In this document: positions 12,530 to 24,820 of the stretch, one piece after another
Layout: each line of letters begins with the position of its first letter
Position numbering within the stretch: position 1 is the first letter of the stretch
Position numbers and translations under genes: made by a program
Notes under the pieces: model-generated
Database searches by the model: none
What the model saw: only the letters and a program-made list of their open reading frames with translations
Told to the model about the DNA's origin: nothing
Assembly (NCBI RefSeq): GCF_964355755.1
Contig: NC_092676.1
Coordinates: 8,533,888 to 8,597,887, forward strand
Direction of reading: 5' to 3'
Length of the DNA: 64,000 bases
Source of the DNA: Antedon mediterranea
Taxonomy: Eukaryota; Animalia; Echinodermata

Positions 12530-15500
12530 AAGCCACCCCATAATAAACAACAAGCATATTACTGTATAAACCAGTTGGCCACTACAAGTATACCACGGAA
12601 AAAAAATATATTGAAAAAAAAATTGAATTAATCAGGGTTAGAAATGATCTCGCTTGACAATCACAACACCGACAACTGGTTTGACGAGACAAACTACAAT
12701 TGCGATACGCGGAAAGCATACCAAAATGTTATTACATATTGTGTGTATTAGTGGAAAGACAAGAAGCAACCACATTAACAACATTGAGCGCTCTGATTGG
12801 TTGAAAGTTATTATCAAACCAATATTTTATGAAATGTCAAGCCAGGTCATTTAAGTGTCAAAGGTCAATTTATGAGGCAAGGTAAATGGAAATAAAAAGC
12901 ATGATTTTTTGAATGAAAAAATTTGTAAAGTATACCAAAAAAAAGTTGCTCTAAAAAGGGTTTTATTTGATGCATAAAAAAGAAATAAAACCATGAAGAT
13001 GTGCTTATGAGATGTAGCTGATTTCGGCCAACGAAATGCTTTAAAAATAATGGAAATGAGTGGGTAAAATGTAATTTTAATGCTAAGTGTTATTATTATT
13101 TTTATCAGGCATTATATACTTAGAACATGCTACTCGTATGTAAATTTGTATTGTTTGCTTTTGTACTTGATTATCTACATTAAATGTTAAAAGTGTTATT
13201 TATACATAGTATTAATACAGTAATATAAATTAACTAATAAATATTATTTAATTAAAAAAATGATTTAACACATTGATTGATTTGCTTATTATAAATATCA
13301 TAGAGATACAAATAGACAAATAAAACATTAGATAAATAAATTTGTTTAGAATACATAATTTTTAGGATCTATAATTAATTCATGCAAAACCTGAAATTTG
13401 TTGTTGAGAAATCAAACATAAAAGCTGATACCTTATCTTGATGTTTTGGCAATTAATGTATTTACACCAAGAATGATGGCATTATTTACAATAAATTATT
13501 CCAAAACTATAAACTTATTATATATTATTATTTAATATTATATATTTGATGTGTGTATTTATTATTTATTTATTCTATAATTAATTTGTTATTTAAGCAT
13601 TTGTGAGCAGAGGTTACGGACTGGAAGCAAAGTGTAGCAAGCTGGAGGAACTTGTAGTGAATCCTTAATGAAGGCTAGAATCAAACAAATATAAATCAAT
13701 AATAACTTAATATTCATGTAAATATATGAATATTAATATACAAAAAATTAATATTCATTAGTTTTTGTGATTTAAACAATTTTGATTGAAATTTCGTGCA
13801 TATAGAAAGGCAAAGGAAACGAAAGCATTAATGAAGCATAAAAAGTGAATATTGAGAGAAGACAGAAAAATAAACATTCGTTAGTAAAGGTAATATAGAT
13901 ACAGACATACACACAGATAGTCGAATTGTTTGTTACATTACAATGAATAAACCATGACATTTTGAAGAAATTTTCTATTATATTCATTATATTTTATATT
14001 ATATTTGAACCACTTTAATGTAGTTATATAGTTGTTATAATCAATTAGTATTTTTGGTTTTTTTTTCTTTTGATGATACGTGATTATCCAATAGGTACAC
14101 TGTTTATCTGCAGACCATCACACCTCTCCCGCCATCCTCCGAGTTGCAACCTGCGCATGCTCAAGTACCTATGAATATGCATTAATTAACATGCATATTC
14201 ATTTTTAGAGAGGTGTGACGATCTGCAGCCACAAACAAATAATAAAAAATAAAAAAGAATTCTAAAAAAAAATAAACTCAAATGAAATGAAAAAAAAAAA
14301 GACGTTACATGATCATAAATAAATAAAGTTGTACATTTACTTCAGAAACTGTTTCTACCTGAAAAAGTTTTACTTTGATATTTGCGGTAATATTGAATTG
14401 AATATATACCTATGTAAAGCCTTCATATCTGTCCTTAAATTTGATACAAGACACAACAATTAAGGGCACTTGTAGATTAAATGCGCACAAACATTAAGGC
14501 ATTTACATTTGAAAACATTTGTTTAAAAAGGCAGATGTTTCTTTGAACAGTTTGTATCAACGTTTATTTGTTAGAAACAAAAAATAATAAATTATATTTT
14601 AAAACAAATGATAAACAAATGATAAACATAATGGGATGAAATAAAATGAGACATGTTTCCACATCTGAGACGTGTAAAACCTACTCAAAAAATTAGTTAA
14701 TGAATGAGTCTCAAAATCTTATTTTCAAATTAGTAGATAACACAATATGGTTTATTTCCATTTTATTTAGATAACAATCGACTGATATGCTGACAGAGAA
14801 TTTGAGAAAGTGAAGATGATAGTAAAAGCATCTAAGAATGTACTATTACTACTGCTAACTACTTTGATGTAAGAAGTTAATTAGGTAGTACCATGCAATG
14901 AATAGATCCAGTAGTAAATGTCATAACACTAAAATAATCTAGACAGCTAGTAGTAGCCTACTATTACATGACTATGAACAGACCCATAGCTTGGAATTTG
15001 TAATGATCTTGATCACATCAGGATACAGTCGTCTTATGTTATGTGCATATGTGTTGTGTTGTAAGGATGTGTGTCTCGTGCATTTTCGGTGCCCATTTTC
15101 AGTGCATGTGAGTGCATGGTTAGGGTGACGGCAACGGTTTAACAAAAAATTGAAAGAAATATTAAATATGTAAAGATGAAAATTGGAATGTTTTTGTTTA
15201 TAAAATAAATTCTAAAAACAAAAAACGGATTTATTATATAAATATATATGGGAAAAATATGTACGGATGGAGAATAATAAAAACAGTTTGTTTTTTAATG
15301 CCGTCACTCGTTTTTTGAATTTCCACTGTGCATTGATTGTGACTTTCTTTTAAACAAAATTATCCATGCTAAGGGCCTGAAGAATACTGTGAGGAGGATG
15401 AGGTGAATGCATGCTTATGAAAGGTGAAAGGTCAGCCATGAGTACTTTCTAAACACATTTCTTTACACAACAAAAAATAAAGTAAATGATAGTGCACCCA

Positions 15501-18500
15501 AGACATATTTTGTGGTTTGATTCTTGACTTAAGATGGACTGTTCTAGTAGCATCGGCTTGTGCCCAAGAAATGCTAGAAGAGTGCCGTTGAGAAGTTGTG
15601 TCCGCACTTGATCGAATAATGTGTAGTGCGAAACATCATTGACACAGAAAGAAAGAATGTGGTACCGGTAACACCCAGTGACAACAGAATATAAATGAAG
15701 ATTCAACAAAGATAATAATAAGAGTTATCAATACTTATTCCCTAATTTCTGCTATTTCATTTATGTGTGTAATTTTTTTATTTAAAGGATAATTTTGAAG
15801 GATAATCGGGAAAAACAGTGGGAAAGGGTTAAATAGGAAAAAAGGATTGGACGATTCTAGCATTCATCAGGGAAATATCATTGGAAATTTTAATACAATA
15901 ATTTTAATTTAATTTAGAACAGCAAACAAAACAAAAATTAAACGGTTTTAATAACAGAATACAAATGACCAAGTACGTTACGGTTGAATGAACACTGTAC
16001 CCAGTCAACGGCTAATGAATATGTATGTATGTATTGATTTTTAAAGTCAAGTACTTTTATGCTGTGTGTGTATTGTATATGCCTACACAAGCCTTTTACT
16101 TGGATCAATATTGTACTATCTCAGTTCTGTATTTCACAAACATGAGTTTCATTTTAAATAAACCAGTTATGCTAACGGCGTGGTTGATGTATTAGGCTAC
16201 AGTACAAATCATATTAAGAACATTTATAAATTAATTGATTACCTAACCTGCGGTAAACTCACTACTTGTTTCTTCGCAGAGTAAATCATACATCACATTT
16301 CAAATTCTTTATTAAGTAAGACTGAATGATTTGGTAAATTTTTAGATGATTCAGTTAAAATTTACATTTGACATTTCTAATTGTATTTCGTGTGCCTGTT
16401 CAATGAATGCATTATGGGTAATGTTTCTCTTTTTAATAATAATTTATCTATGCAAATCACAGTGTTATATATAAATGATGTTCTGTGAATTTATATGCAT
16501 AGAAGTTGTTGTTATAATAGATTGTTACCAAAAACAAAAAACCACCCTGCAAATAATTTCACAACAGCATTATGGCATCAATTATCTTATGCTACGTGTT
16601 TATTTCATATACACATAATATATTATGCATATACAATACACATTAATACAAAATATTTAAAAATATTGATAAGAGAAATCTTAGAAACTGAAAACTTGTT
16701 CCAATCAGGATTTGAACTCAGATTGTCTGCTAATAGGCAGGTCCCTAACCACAACGCCACAAAGTGCATCATGGCGAATTCAAGTACAGTTTGAAACAAA
16801 GATTTTCGGCCTCTTGAGCGAGACGGGCGTACAGAACGATTCTAACACGTTCTGGTTTCTCGTTCAGCAAAGATAAATTCTCATCTTACAGTGGCATGAC
16901 CTAAAGGTCACCGTGTTCATTGATGCACATTTCCTGTTGTAATTTCATGGTTTCGTTTGAATCTCATGTTTGTGTTTAATTTCTTACTTATCAACCTGAT
17001 GTAATTTCACCTTCTCATAATCAATGTCTTTCAGAAATAGTTTATAGATAAAATAGTAGTAAACTGCAATTTTTGTGTACAAAATATTCACAAAATTTTA
17101 AATTGTTTCTTACAGTTAACATTAAAATGTCCTATAAATGTTATTTTATGAAAATGATTATTTACATTTTGCAGTCACATATTATACCAAAAGTTCTTTT
17201 TTGTTATTAAAATTCTCATCAGGTTTGAATAACAATACAACGGTTGTAGTAATTGAAAAAAGGGAGAAAATATATTTAAATATAAAGTAAATAAATTTAA
17301 CAAAAATGTATTAATAAATAAATTAAAAACCTAACTTTTTTTTAAAACTAACATAAAAGTGCATAGTGAACTCCATATGAGCTTCATATCAGCATTGTGT
17401 GTATTTAATATAACGGCTATATTAGGCTGTTCTGTATTCTACCTTGTGTTCTACTAGCATGTTGTGCAAGAGTGCTCTTAATCTAGTAGCTTTCTACGAA
17501 TAATAGTTGAATAATTGTTGTCATACCGGTGAGGTTTCCTCATTCTTTCTTTTTTTAAAACGCCGCCTTCGCTTTTTATTTCACTTCTTATCCAGTCCTA
17601 AGTCCCATTAAGATCGCCCGTGTGTACGTAGTGATTGTTCACGGGTGTGCAACAGAGCATGCAATCTATCAACATTCGTTACATTCTTCATTTCATATAG
17701 CTTCTTTAATAGACGAGAAATTTCGTTTTTGTAAAAGCTATAGAAACGGAGCACGGTTTACTTAGATGTGTCAAACTTCGTCGAAGATATTATCAACCGA
17801 GAATTGAGTTTGCAACGTCCAAGTAACTACTCCGTCTTTACAGCTTTCACAAAAATAAAATTTATCATCTATTCGGCACATTATTTCTGAAGATGACACA
17901 AACATAGTTTTATTGCTTTCTTGAGATGAAACATTCGGCATGCATACCTAATGAGATCTTATGAATATTCATATGCAATACGAATATGCATTTATGCAGC
18001 ATGCCATGATTAGCATATTCACATAATAACATGTCATAATTCAATATCTTAAAACCATTTTATTTTGTGATTTATTTTTGTTCGTTCCTAATATGTTATT
18101 ATTTTTAGCTTCTTCTCGTTCATTTAAGATATACAAATTATTGCTTGATATACTTTTAAGTTCTCATGCTATTGTTTTTAATCATGCAGTTTAAAATCAT
18201 CTCTTGTTTATAATTCGGTCTCTCCATTGTTCTTGCCTTTTTCGTTTCCATCCGTCCCCTGCTTAATGGTCTCAATTTTTCCACTAAAATAATGATACGC
18301 TTGTTCATTAATGTGCATAGGCAGTTATACTCAGTGAAAACAGAACATTTGCTCCGACTTTCTTACGTTTGTTTTTACGTTCAACCATACTTACTTTTCC
18401 ATTCGCTCATTATTATGCAAACTCACCTGTTATTTTAAATATTTAGTTTGAAAATAAATATGTAAATTTGATTCCCATTAATTTATTTATAAATATTTGC

Positions 18501-21500
18501 ACAGAGAAAGTGAAGAGAAGATCCTAATACAGAGCTTATGATAAATACATATTTCGATCTTCACACAAACACACATTTTTCGTTTAGTATACAATATATG
18601 CTGGAGGTGTTTTCAGTATAATATCTTTAATGTCAAGCTAAATTAAAATAATATGGCTATTATGAATTTATAAAAATGTACCAAGATATGTTAATTTATT
18701 ATGTAATCATTTGTTGATTTATCAGATAAAGATTAAAAAGGTTAAAATTGTAAAAAATGCTTATTACTATACTCATGCTTATACATATTAATATTTGTAT
18801 GCCAAAGGTATTTAAATGGATTATTGTTATAGAATACGAGTATGTCTGGGAATGGAGTCTTGTTTGATTTTTAATAAATAATATTAGAACTGAACTATGG
18901 CGTGTTCACACTGGGCTTTTACAAGTGAAGTAATATTAAAGTCTGTTCACACGATACAGAATTAAAAGATATATTATTTTAGCAGTTATTATGCGATTGT
19001 TCTATTATTTAACTACGGTTTGTCACGTTTTTTTCTCAATTAAATTTGATAGTTTGTGTACAGCTTTTAAAAAGTGTACAAAAATATACCCACATTTCAA
19101 ACAATGCAATGTCTATTTTTCCATTAAATATGATTGCGAGTAGAGGAAAGTGCATAGAAAAATAATATATTTACTTTAAATTAATAGTTTTAGAATTATA
19201 TATTTTAATATTAACAATCTAATACAGGAATTTGAATGTGTATATAGTGGTTTTTTTTTTATTTAATGTAATTTAAACCTTGTTATATGTGCTACGAGAA
19301 ATTCTTATATCAATAACATAATTAATTTTCAATAAAGAGCTTATCACTTCAGAAAACATGTGATTCATCTTAATTAATTTCTCTTAATTAGATAATAGGT
19401 TTAAATTGATTAAATATCTGTACATATTTCAATGTATAATGTCATAAATTGTTTACATTCTCCAAACTTGATAATAATTATAATTACTAATTGCGTCAAA
19501 ACATTTTTATTTTCTATTTTAAATTTTATATCAAAATTAAATCATTTAGTGTAAGAAGTAGGATCATTGTTTGATAATACACATTTGAGTGTTTTATTTT
19601 GAAAATGATTGATTTTATTTTAAAAGTCCCGTAGAAAAAATGTTTAAATGTGTTTGTAATGTTAATATTGATTTCATGTAAATTTAATATGTAAATGTAT
19701 ATATTCATGCAAATATAATATTTTTAATATATGAATATTGGTAACATTTGTAAAATATAAACATGTGTCCTATAATGAGAGAGAATGAATTTAAGTTTAT
19801 ATTTTTTGAGTTTTGTGATTGCATAGTTGTTTTTGAGGATTTCGGTGAAGTTTTTGAAATTTATATAATTAAATGAATATGAGTTTACCAATTATTATAA
19901 TTTATGCACATAATTTTTAATAAAATGATACAAAATAAATATTAATTATCAATTCTGATACCTAAAAGATAACAATACTTAGATATTAAATGATGAATTT
20001 AAGATAAATATAATTTTGTTTGTGTAACCATGGAGGTATAACATCTAATATATCCATGGTGTAACTTTTAATTAAGCAATAAATTAAAATGTTAATTATA
20101 TTGTTCCAGCAAGATAATTATTAATTTGACACTTCAATTGTTATTATCTATAGAAGATATTATTGAAAATAAACAATTAACAAATTATCAAATTAAAAAC
20201 ATCATTTTTGTGTACTTCAATATAAAATTATTAAAACTATGTAAAATGATTTCATTGTTTTTAAATTTGAAAATATGTCTATATAGAATTTAAAACACTT
20301 AGAAGGTGAAAGTAATAAATTAAAACCGCTTTATAGATAATTAATAGAAGAATGTTATCCGTATAAGAATATAGGGCACGGCTAATGTTTTGTGCGACGA
20401 CGACACAAGTTAATTATGTAATTCAGTATATAATTTATGATATCATCAACATATGAATATGAATCCATAAATTATTGATCCAACAAAATAACAATATATG
20501 TATACAATAAGAAATTTTGTCCATGAGTGGTTTACAGTAAACGTAACATAGGCCAGATCTGAGCAGTTGATCAATGTTGTTCTTTGTCATACAATTTATC
20601 AATACATACTATTGTCAACGATATGTGTTGTTTCTAAATCTAATTTATAATTAATAATTTCTTTTTAATCAACTAGCGTCATTGAAAATGTTTAGTGTCA
20701 TTAAAGAATGAATTGATAGATCGTTGTTTTAGCTCGTATACAATATCCTGATATCATCATGGGAATTTCCTTCCATGCAGACACTGTACAATATCATTAT
20801 TATAATAAGTAAAATTGTCATATATTAAGTTGAAGTAGTATAGGACGCGGTAAGATAACAATCAATAGGGAGAACTGTAATGCGGGCTGAAATCAATGAA
20901 TTTCTTGAATCGTTGAATATTGACCAAGCGATAACATAAGCTGCTGCACTAGGAAATACGACTACAGACGGACCTTAATATTAAAAAGGTTCCATTTTCT
21001 GTAAATGTAATGTTCTCTATGGCCTAGTTTGGTTTTACTAGTCTCACATCAATTACCCTTGTGGTCCTAATATTTACTAGCCCGGAATATAAAATAGTAA
21101 ATACTCCTGTATTAACATACTGTATTAATGCCTGTTCATTTTACAAAGCAACTACACAGCTATTGAGTCTAACTGACATTTCTGAGAGTGCACAAAATAA
21201 CATAACCAAACTACCTCTGTGTGTCGTGAAAATTCATATTATTATCTTGCATGTGATAATTTAAATTCACTGTAATCAATTTAGAGGAAACATTTTAAAA
21301 AATCTAAATAATATATCTTCAATTAAAGTTAAAGTACTAATTAAAAGCCTACTACCCTAATACTGAAGTTAATATTTGCATAAATTGGTTGAATTTTCGT
21401 TGCAAAATTGTTTATCAAGCCATATGAATGTAAAATGGATATAAAATGAATGTGATGACTATGTCGTTTAATTGTGTAATGTCATGAACTAAGTTCAACA

Positions 21501-22459
21501 AAGAATGTCATAGATTTGAAAAAACACAGACAAAATACATTTACAGTTATGTTGGGAAATGCATGGTTTAAGAAAATTAATTAAAAGAATCCAAATTAAT
21601 TTGGAGATATTTTGTATTATATTTTAGTATTATGATTTAGTTATAGTTGATATTTAATATTATTCTTTTTAAATCATACCCCACCTTCACCCTTCACTCT
21701 CACAAGTTTGCACAATATCACATTAAAAAACCCCTAATAGTAAAAGCACTAGAGCCTTTATTAATCTCTCTTAAACTCTCACAAAAAAAGGGGGGATAGA
21801 ACAATTTTAAGGCTAAAAAACATCAACTCAAAAGCAAAGAAATCCTAATATACAATGTTATGTAAATTTAGACAGTATGGAAGCTCTGGACAACCACAAT
21901 ACGTATTAAAATACCATTAAATGGTTTAATATCACCTTAATCTAAAATTTGAATGAGAAATATTTCAAAAAAATTTCAAAATGTTATAGATTTATTATTA
22001 TAATTGATATAAGGATTTATATTTGTTGCATTTTTATCACCACAATGATAATAATACTATTTTTTGGGAGGTTAATTTTTCATTTTATGATTTTGAATTG
22101 CAATTATTAATATAATAAATTAATGTTTGATGCCTGAACCTGATATATATATACTTGTTTTCAGACAGCACCGATATTTAATAATTTTAAGGATTAAAAA
22201 AAAGATAAATATGCTATTAAAATTGCTCATTTTTACATAATTTTGAAAGCAACATATTTCAAAATTTGCTTATTTTTTCTTTGTTTTGAAAAAAAAGGGA
22301 AACATAGAAAATAATTACATTTTTGCACCTTATTAAAGCTGAATGAGCAATATTGGATAAGACGTTTGCATAGGAAGGGAAACTCATGTTTATTCATTTT
22401 TCTTTGCTGTTTAAATACTATCGTTGATAACAAATACTTATTTAGTTTAAGATCGGTAA

Positions 22460-24034
22460 TCATACATCCGTTTCTACTGAGAGTGAACTCATATTAATAC
22501 AATTACCTTGCACATTATTGAACTTTGACCTATCATTATTTGTCGTGGTTTTTAGGTTCGAGTTTGTCATCCCGTCTTCCATCTCCACGCAATCCACCGA
22601 TGCCGTGTCGCCGTCTTGTTTCAGCATTCCCTGTTCTATCATCGCAGGAGCACTGCTTACGTGCGAGTACTGCGACGTATCTTCGGTATCGGCTTCACGG
22701 TGATAGAAGTAGTTGAAGTTTGAAACGATTACCGGTACAGGCAATGCTATTGTTAACACTCCTGTTATTGCGCAGAGTGAGCCAACAATTTTCCCCCCTA
22801 TTGTCTGTGGTTTCATGTCACCATAACCTACGGTAGTCATAGTGACTACCGCCCACCAAAATGCGTCTGGAATACTGCTGAATTCGGATTCCTCAAAATC
22901 AGCTTCTGCAAAGTACACAGCGCTTGAGTATAGAACAACACCAATACACATAAAGAATATGAGTAGCCCGAGTTCACTCACACTCGCCCTCAATGTTCTC
23001 CCTAATATTTGTAGGCCTTTAGAGTGCCTTGACAATTTAAATATTCTGAACACGCGCACTAGACGTACAACTCGAAGGATGGCCAGGGACATAGCTTGTT
23101 CATTGCTTTGCTCACCTTTTGGTTCTGAGATCTCAGCAACCATGGTACCCAGTTGGATAAAGTATGGCACGATAGCCATAAGATCTATTAAGTTCATTAT
23201 ATTCTTAAGAAACATCAGCTTACTTGGACTGGAAATAAATCTAACAACTAACTCTAATATGAACCACAAGATACAACATGATTCTATTATAAAGAAAGGA
23301 TTTTTGAAGCCACGATACTGGTCAACATCAGTATTATTTTTACTTAAGTCTATTTTATCCTCAAACTCTGGCATAGTTTCCATACAGAAAATGACTATGG
23401 AGATTAGAATGACTGCAACGGATATAATCGCTACAATTCTTGCTCCCCTAGAACTCTCAGGATATTCAAACAGCAACCATATTTTTTGTTGCCATAATTT
23501 GTCTGGCAATTTTCTGTCCTCTTCCTTTATGAATCCTTCATCTTCTCGATATTTTGATAGCGCATCTTCACCGAGGTCATAGAACTTTACTTCTTCCGTG
23601 AAGACGTCGATGGGAACGTTAACGGGCCTTCTTAGTCGACCGCCACTTTGATAATAGTAGAGAATAGCATCAAAACTTGGCCGGTTACGATCGAAGAAAT
23701 ATTCATTTCGCAAAGGGTCAAAATATCTAATGCGTTTCTCTGGATTACCGAGCAACGTGTTTGGAAATTGATTTAAAGTTTTTATCTGCGTTTCAAATCG
23801 CAGGCCACTGACATTGATGACCACACGTTCCCAACTCGGTTCTTGTCCGTGTCCAAAGTCCAAACTATCCGCCCTGCTGTCTCCATCGTCTAATAATTTT
23901 GGGAGTGAGAGGGAGTTGTGTTTTCCAATACCCCCCTGACCCGTTCCCCCGGTGGAGCCAGTAGATCGTATAGACCTGGGTTGATAACTTCCATTTGCGC
24001 TTCCCTCATTCCCTCCTGCCGTTACGGCCTCCAT
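22460..24034 (-). CDS. KCNA: Shaker-family (Kv1/KCNA) voltage-gated potassium channel alpha subunit, 524 aa, intronless coding region
   Basis: T1 domain [14 protein letters not shown]...[22 protein letters not shown]4 [19 protein letters not shown], filter [10 protein letters not shown]6 PVP, C-terminal PDZ motif ETDV. First in-frame ATG at 24034; the ORF-track start at 24181 is a GTG. Confidence 0.98.
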   Translation of the reverse strand: MEAVTAGGNEGSANGSYQPRSIRSTGSTGGTGQGGIGKHNSLSLPKLLDDGDSRADSLDFGHGQEPSWERVVINVSGLRFETQIKTLNQFPNTLLGNPEKRIRYFDPLRNEYFFDRNRPSFDAILYYYQSGGRLRRPVNVPIDVFTEEVKFYDLGEDALSKYREDEGFIKEEDRKLPDKLWQQKIWLLFEYPESSRGARIVAIISVAVILISIVIFCMETMPEFEDKIDLSKNNTDVDQYRGFKNPFFIIESCCILWFILELVVRFISSPSKLMFLKNIMNLIDLMAIVPYFIQLGTMVAEISEPKGEQSNEQAMSLAILRVVRLVRVFRIFKLSRHSKGLQILGRTLRASVSELGLLIFFMCIGVVLYSSAVYFAEADFEESEFSSIPDAFWWAVVTMTTVGYGDMKPQTIGGKIVGSLCAITGVLTIALPVPVIVSNFNYFYHREADTEDTSQYSHVSSAPAMIEQGMLKQDGDTASVDCVEMEDGMTNSNLKTTTNNDRSKFNNVQGNCINMSSLSVETDV

Positions 24035-24168
24035 TTTTTCGCTGCTGTTTTTGCTAGTACTTGCCGCACTACTCCGCCACGGGGGTGCCCACCTATCACA
24101 ATCAAGCTTGCCCGAGTTTCTGGCAGTCCCGCGTGGGGGCGGGCCACCCTCGGTCGGCAAGCGTAACA

Positions 24169-24451
24169 CTACAGCACACACGGTGGCAACACAAAAAAAA
24201 ACTTAATCAGAAAGTGGCCAAACCTTTTTTAGGTTTGGCATAAAAGCTTTTTTAAAAGAAAACAGCCAGGACAACCACGTTTGAATATAAATGAACCGCA
24301 AAATGGTATTTTCCTTGGCTATTTAATATATTCATATACGCATCATCAATATTGATGATGACTTTACCACTCCTGTCCTTTAAACACCCTGTTTTGTCCT
24401 CCAAAAAAACGCTTTGCAGAGTTATGACGAACTAAGCAATAAGAAGCCTAC
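24169..24451 (-). other. Probable 5'-UTR intron of the Kv1 gene
   Basis: Minus-strand donor CAG|GTAGGC at 24452/24451; poly-T tract then CTGTAG| acceptor at 24169/24168. Prediction only. Confidence 0.45.
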
Positions 24452-24812
24452 CTGACCAGCGCGCAGATGAGCTACTCAAAAATGAGAGCACACTCTTCCT
24501 CCGTTGCCACCAGCGAAATTAAAACGTGGAATTTATCTCACTTCAAAATTAAAACAATTCACAATTCTTCTTTTCTCAACATAAGCTGCAATACACGTAT
24601 TTCCAACATATTCCGTTCTTGCGTTTTCCTTGACTTTGTGCTAAGTTTTAGTATTTAACTGTGCCATTTTCTCCATCTAAGCAAGGATATTTCGGCACTA
24701 AACTTCTTACTCCCTCGCATCAGTCGCCAAAATAACAACACTGTTCGAAGATGTTAAACATAATTGAACTTTCCACTTGAATACCCGGATGAGCAAGGGC
24801 CCATCAATTTCC

Positions 24813-24820
24813 TGACGTCA
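24813..24820. promoter_or_regulatory. Full palindromic CRE (TGACGTCA) upstream of Kv1, with nearby CCAAT (~24878)
   Basis: Exact CREB/ATF consensus in the presumed Kv1 promoter region. Confidence 0.45.

Noticed and set aside
22842-23582. 246-aa plus-strand ORF, and other short ORFs overlapping Kv1, gag and pol
   Set aside because: Antisense or alternate-frame shadows of real coding sequence
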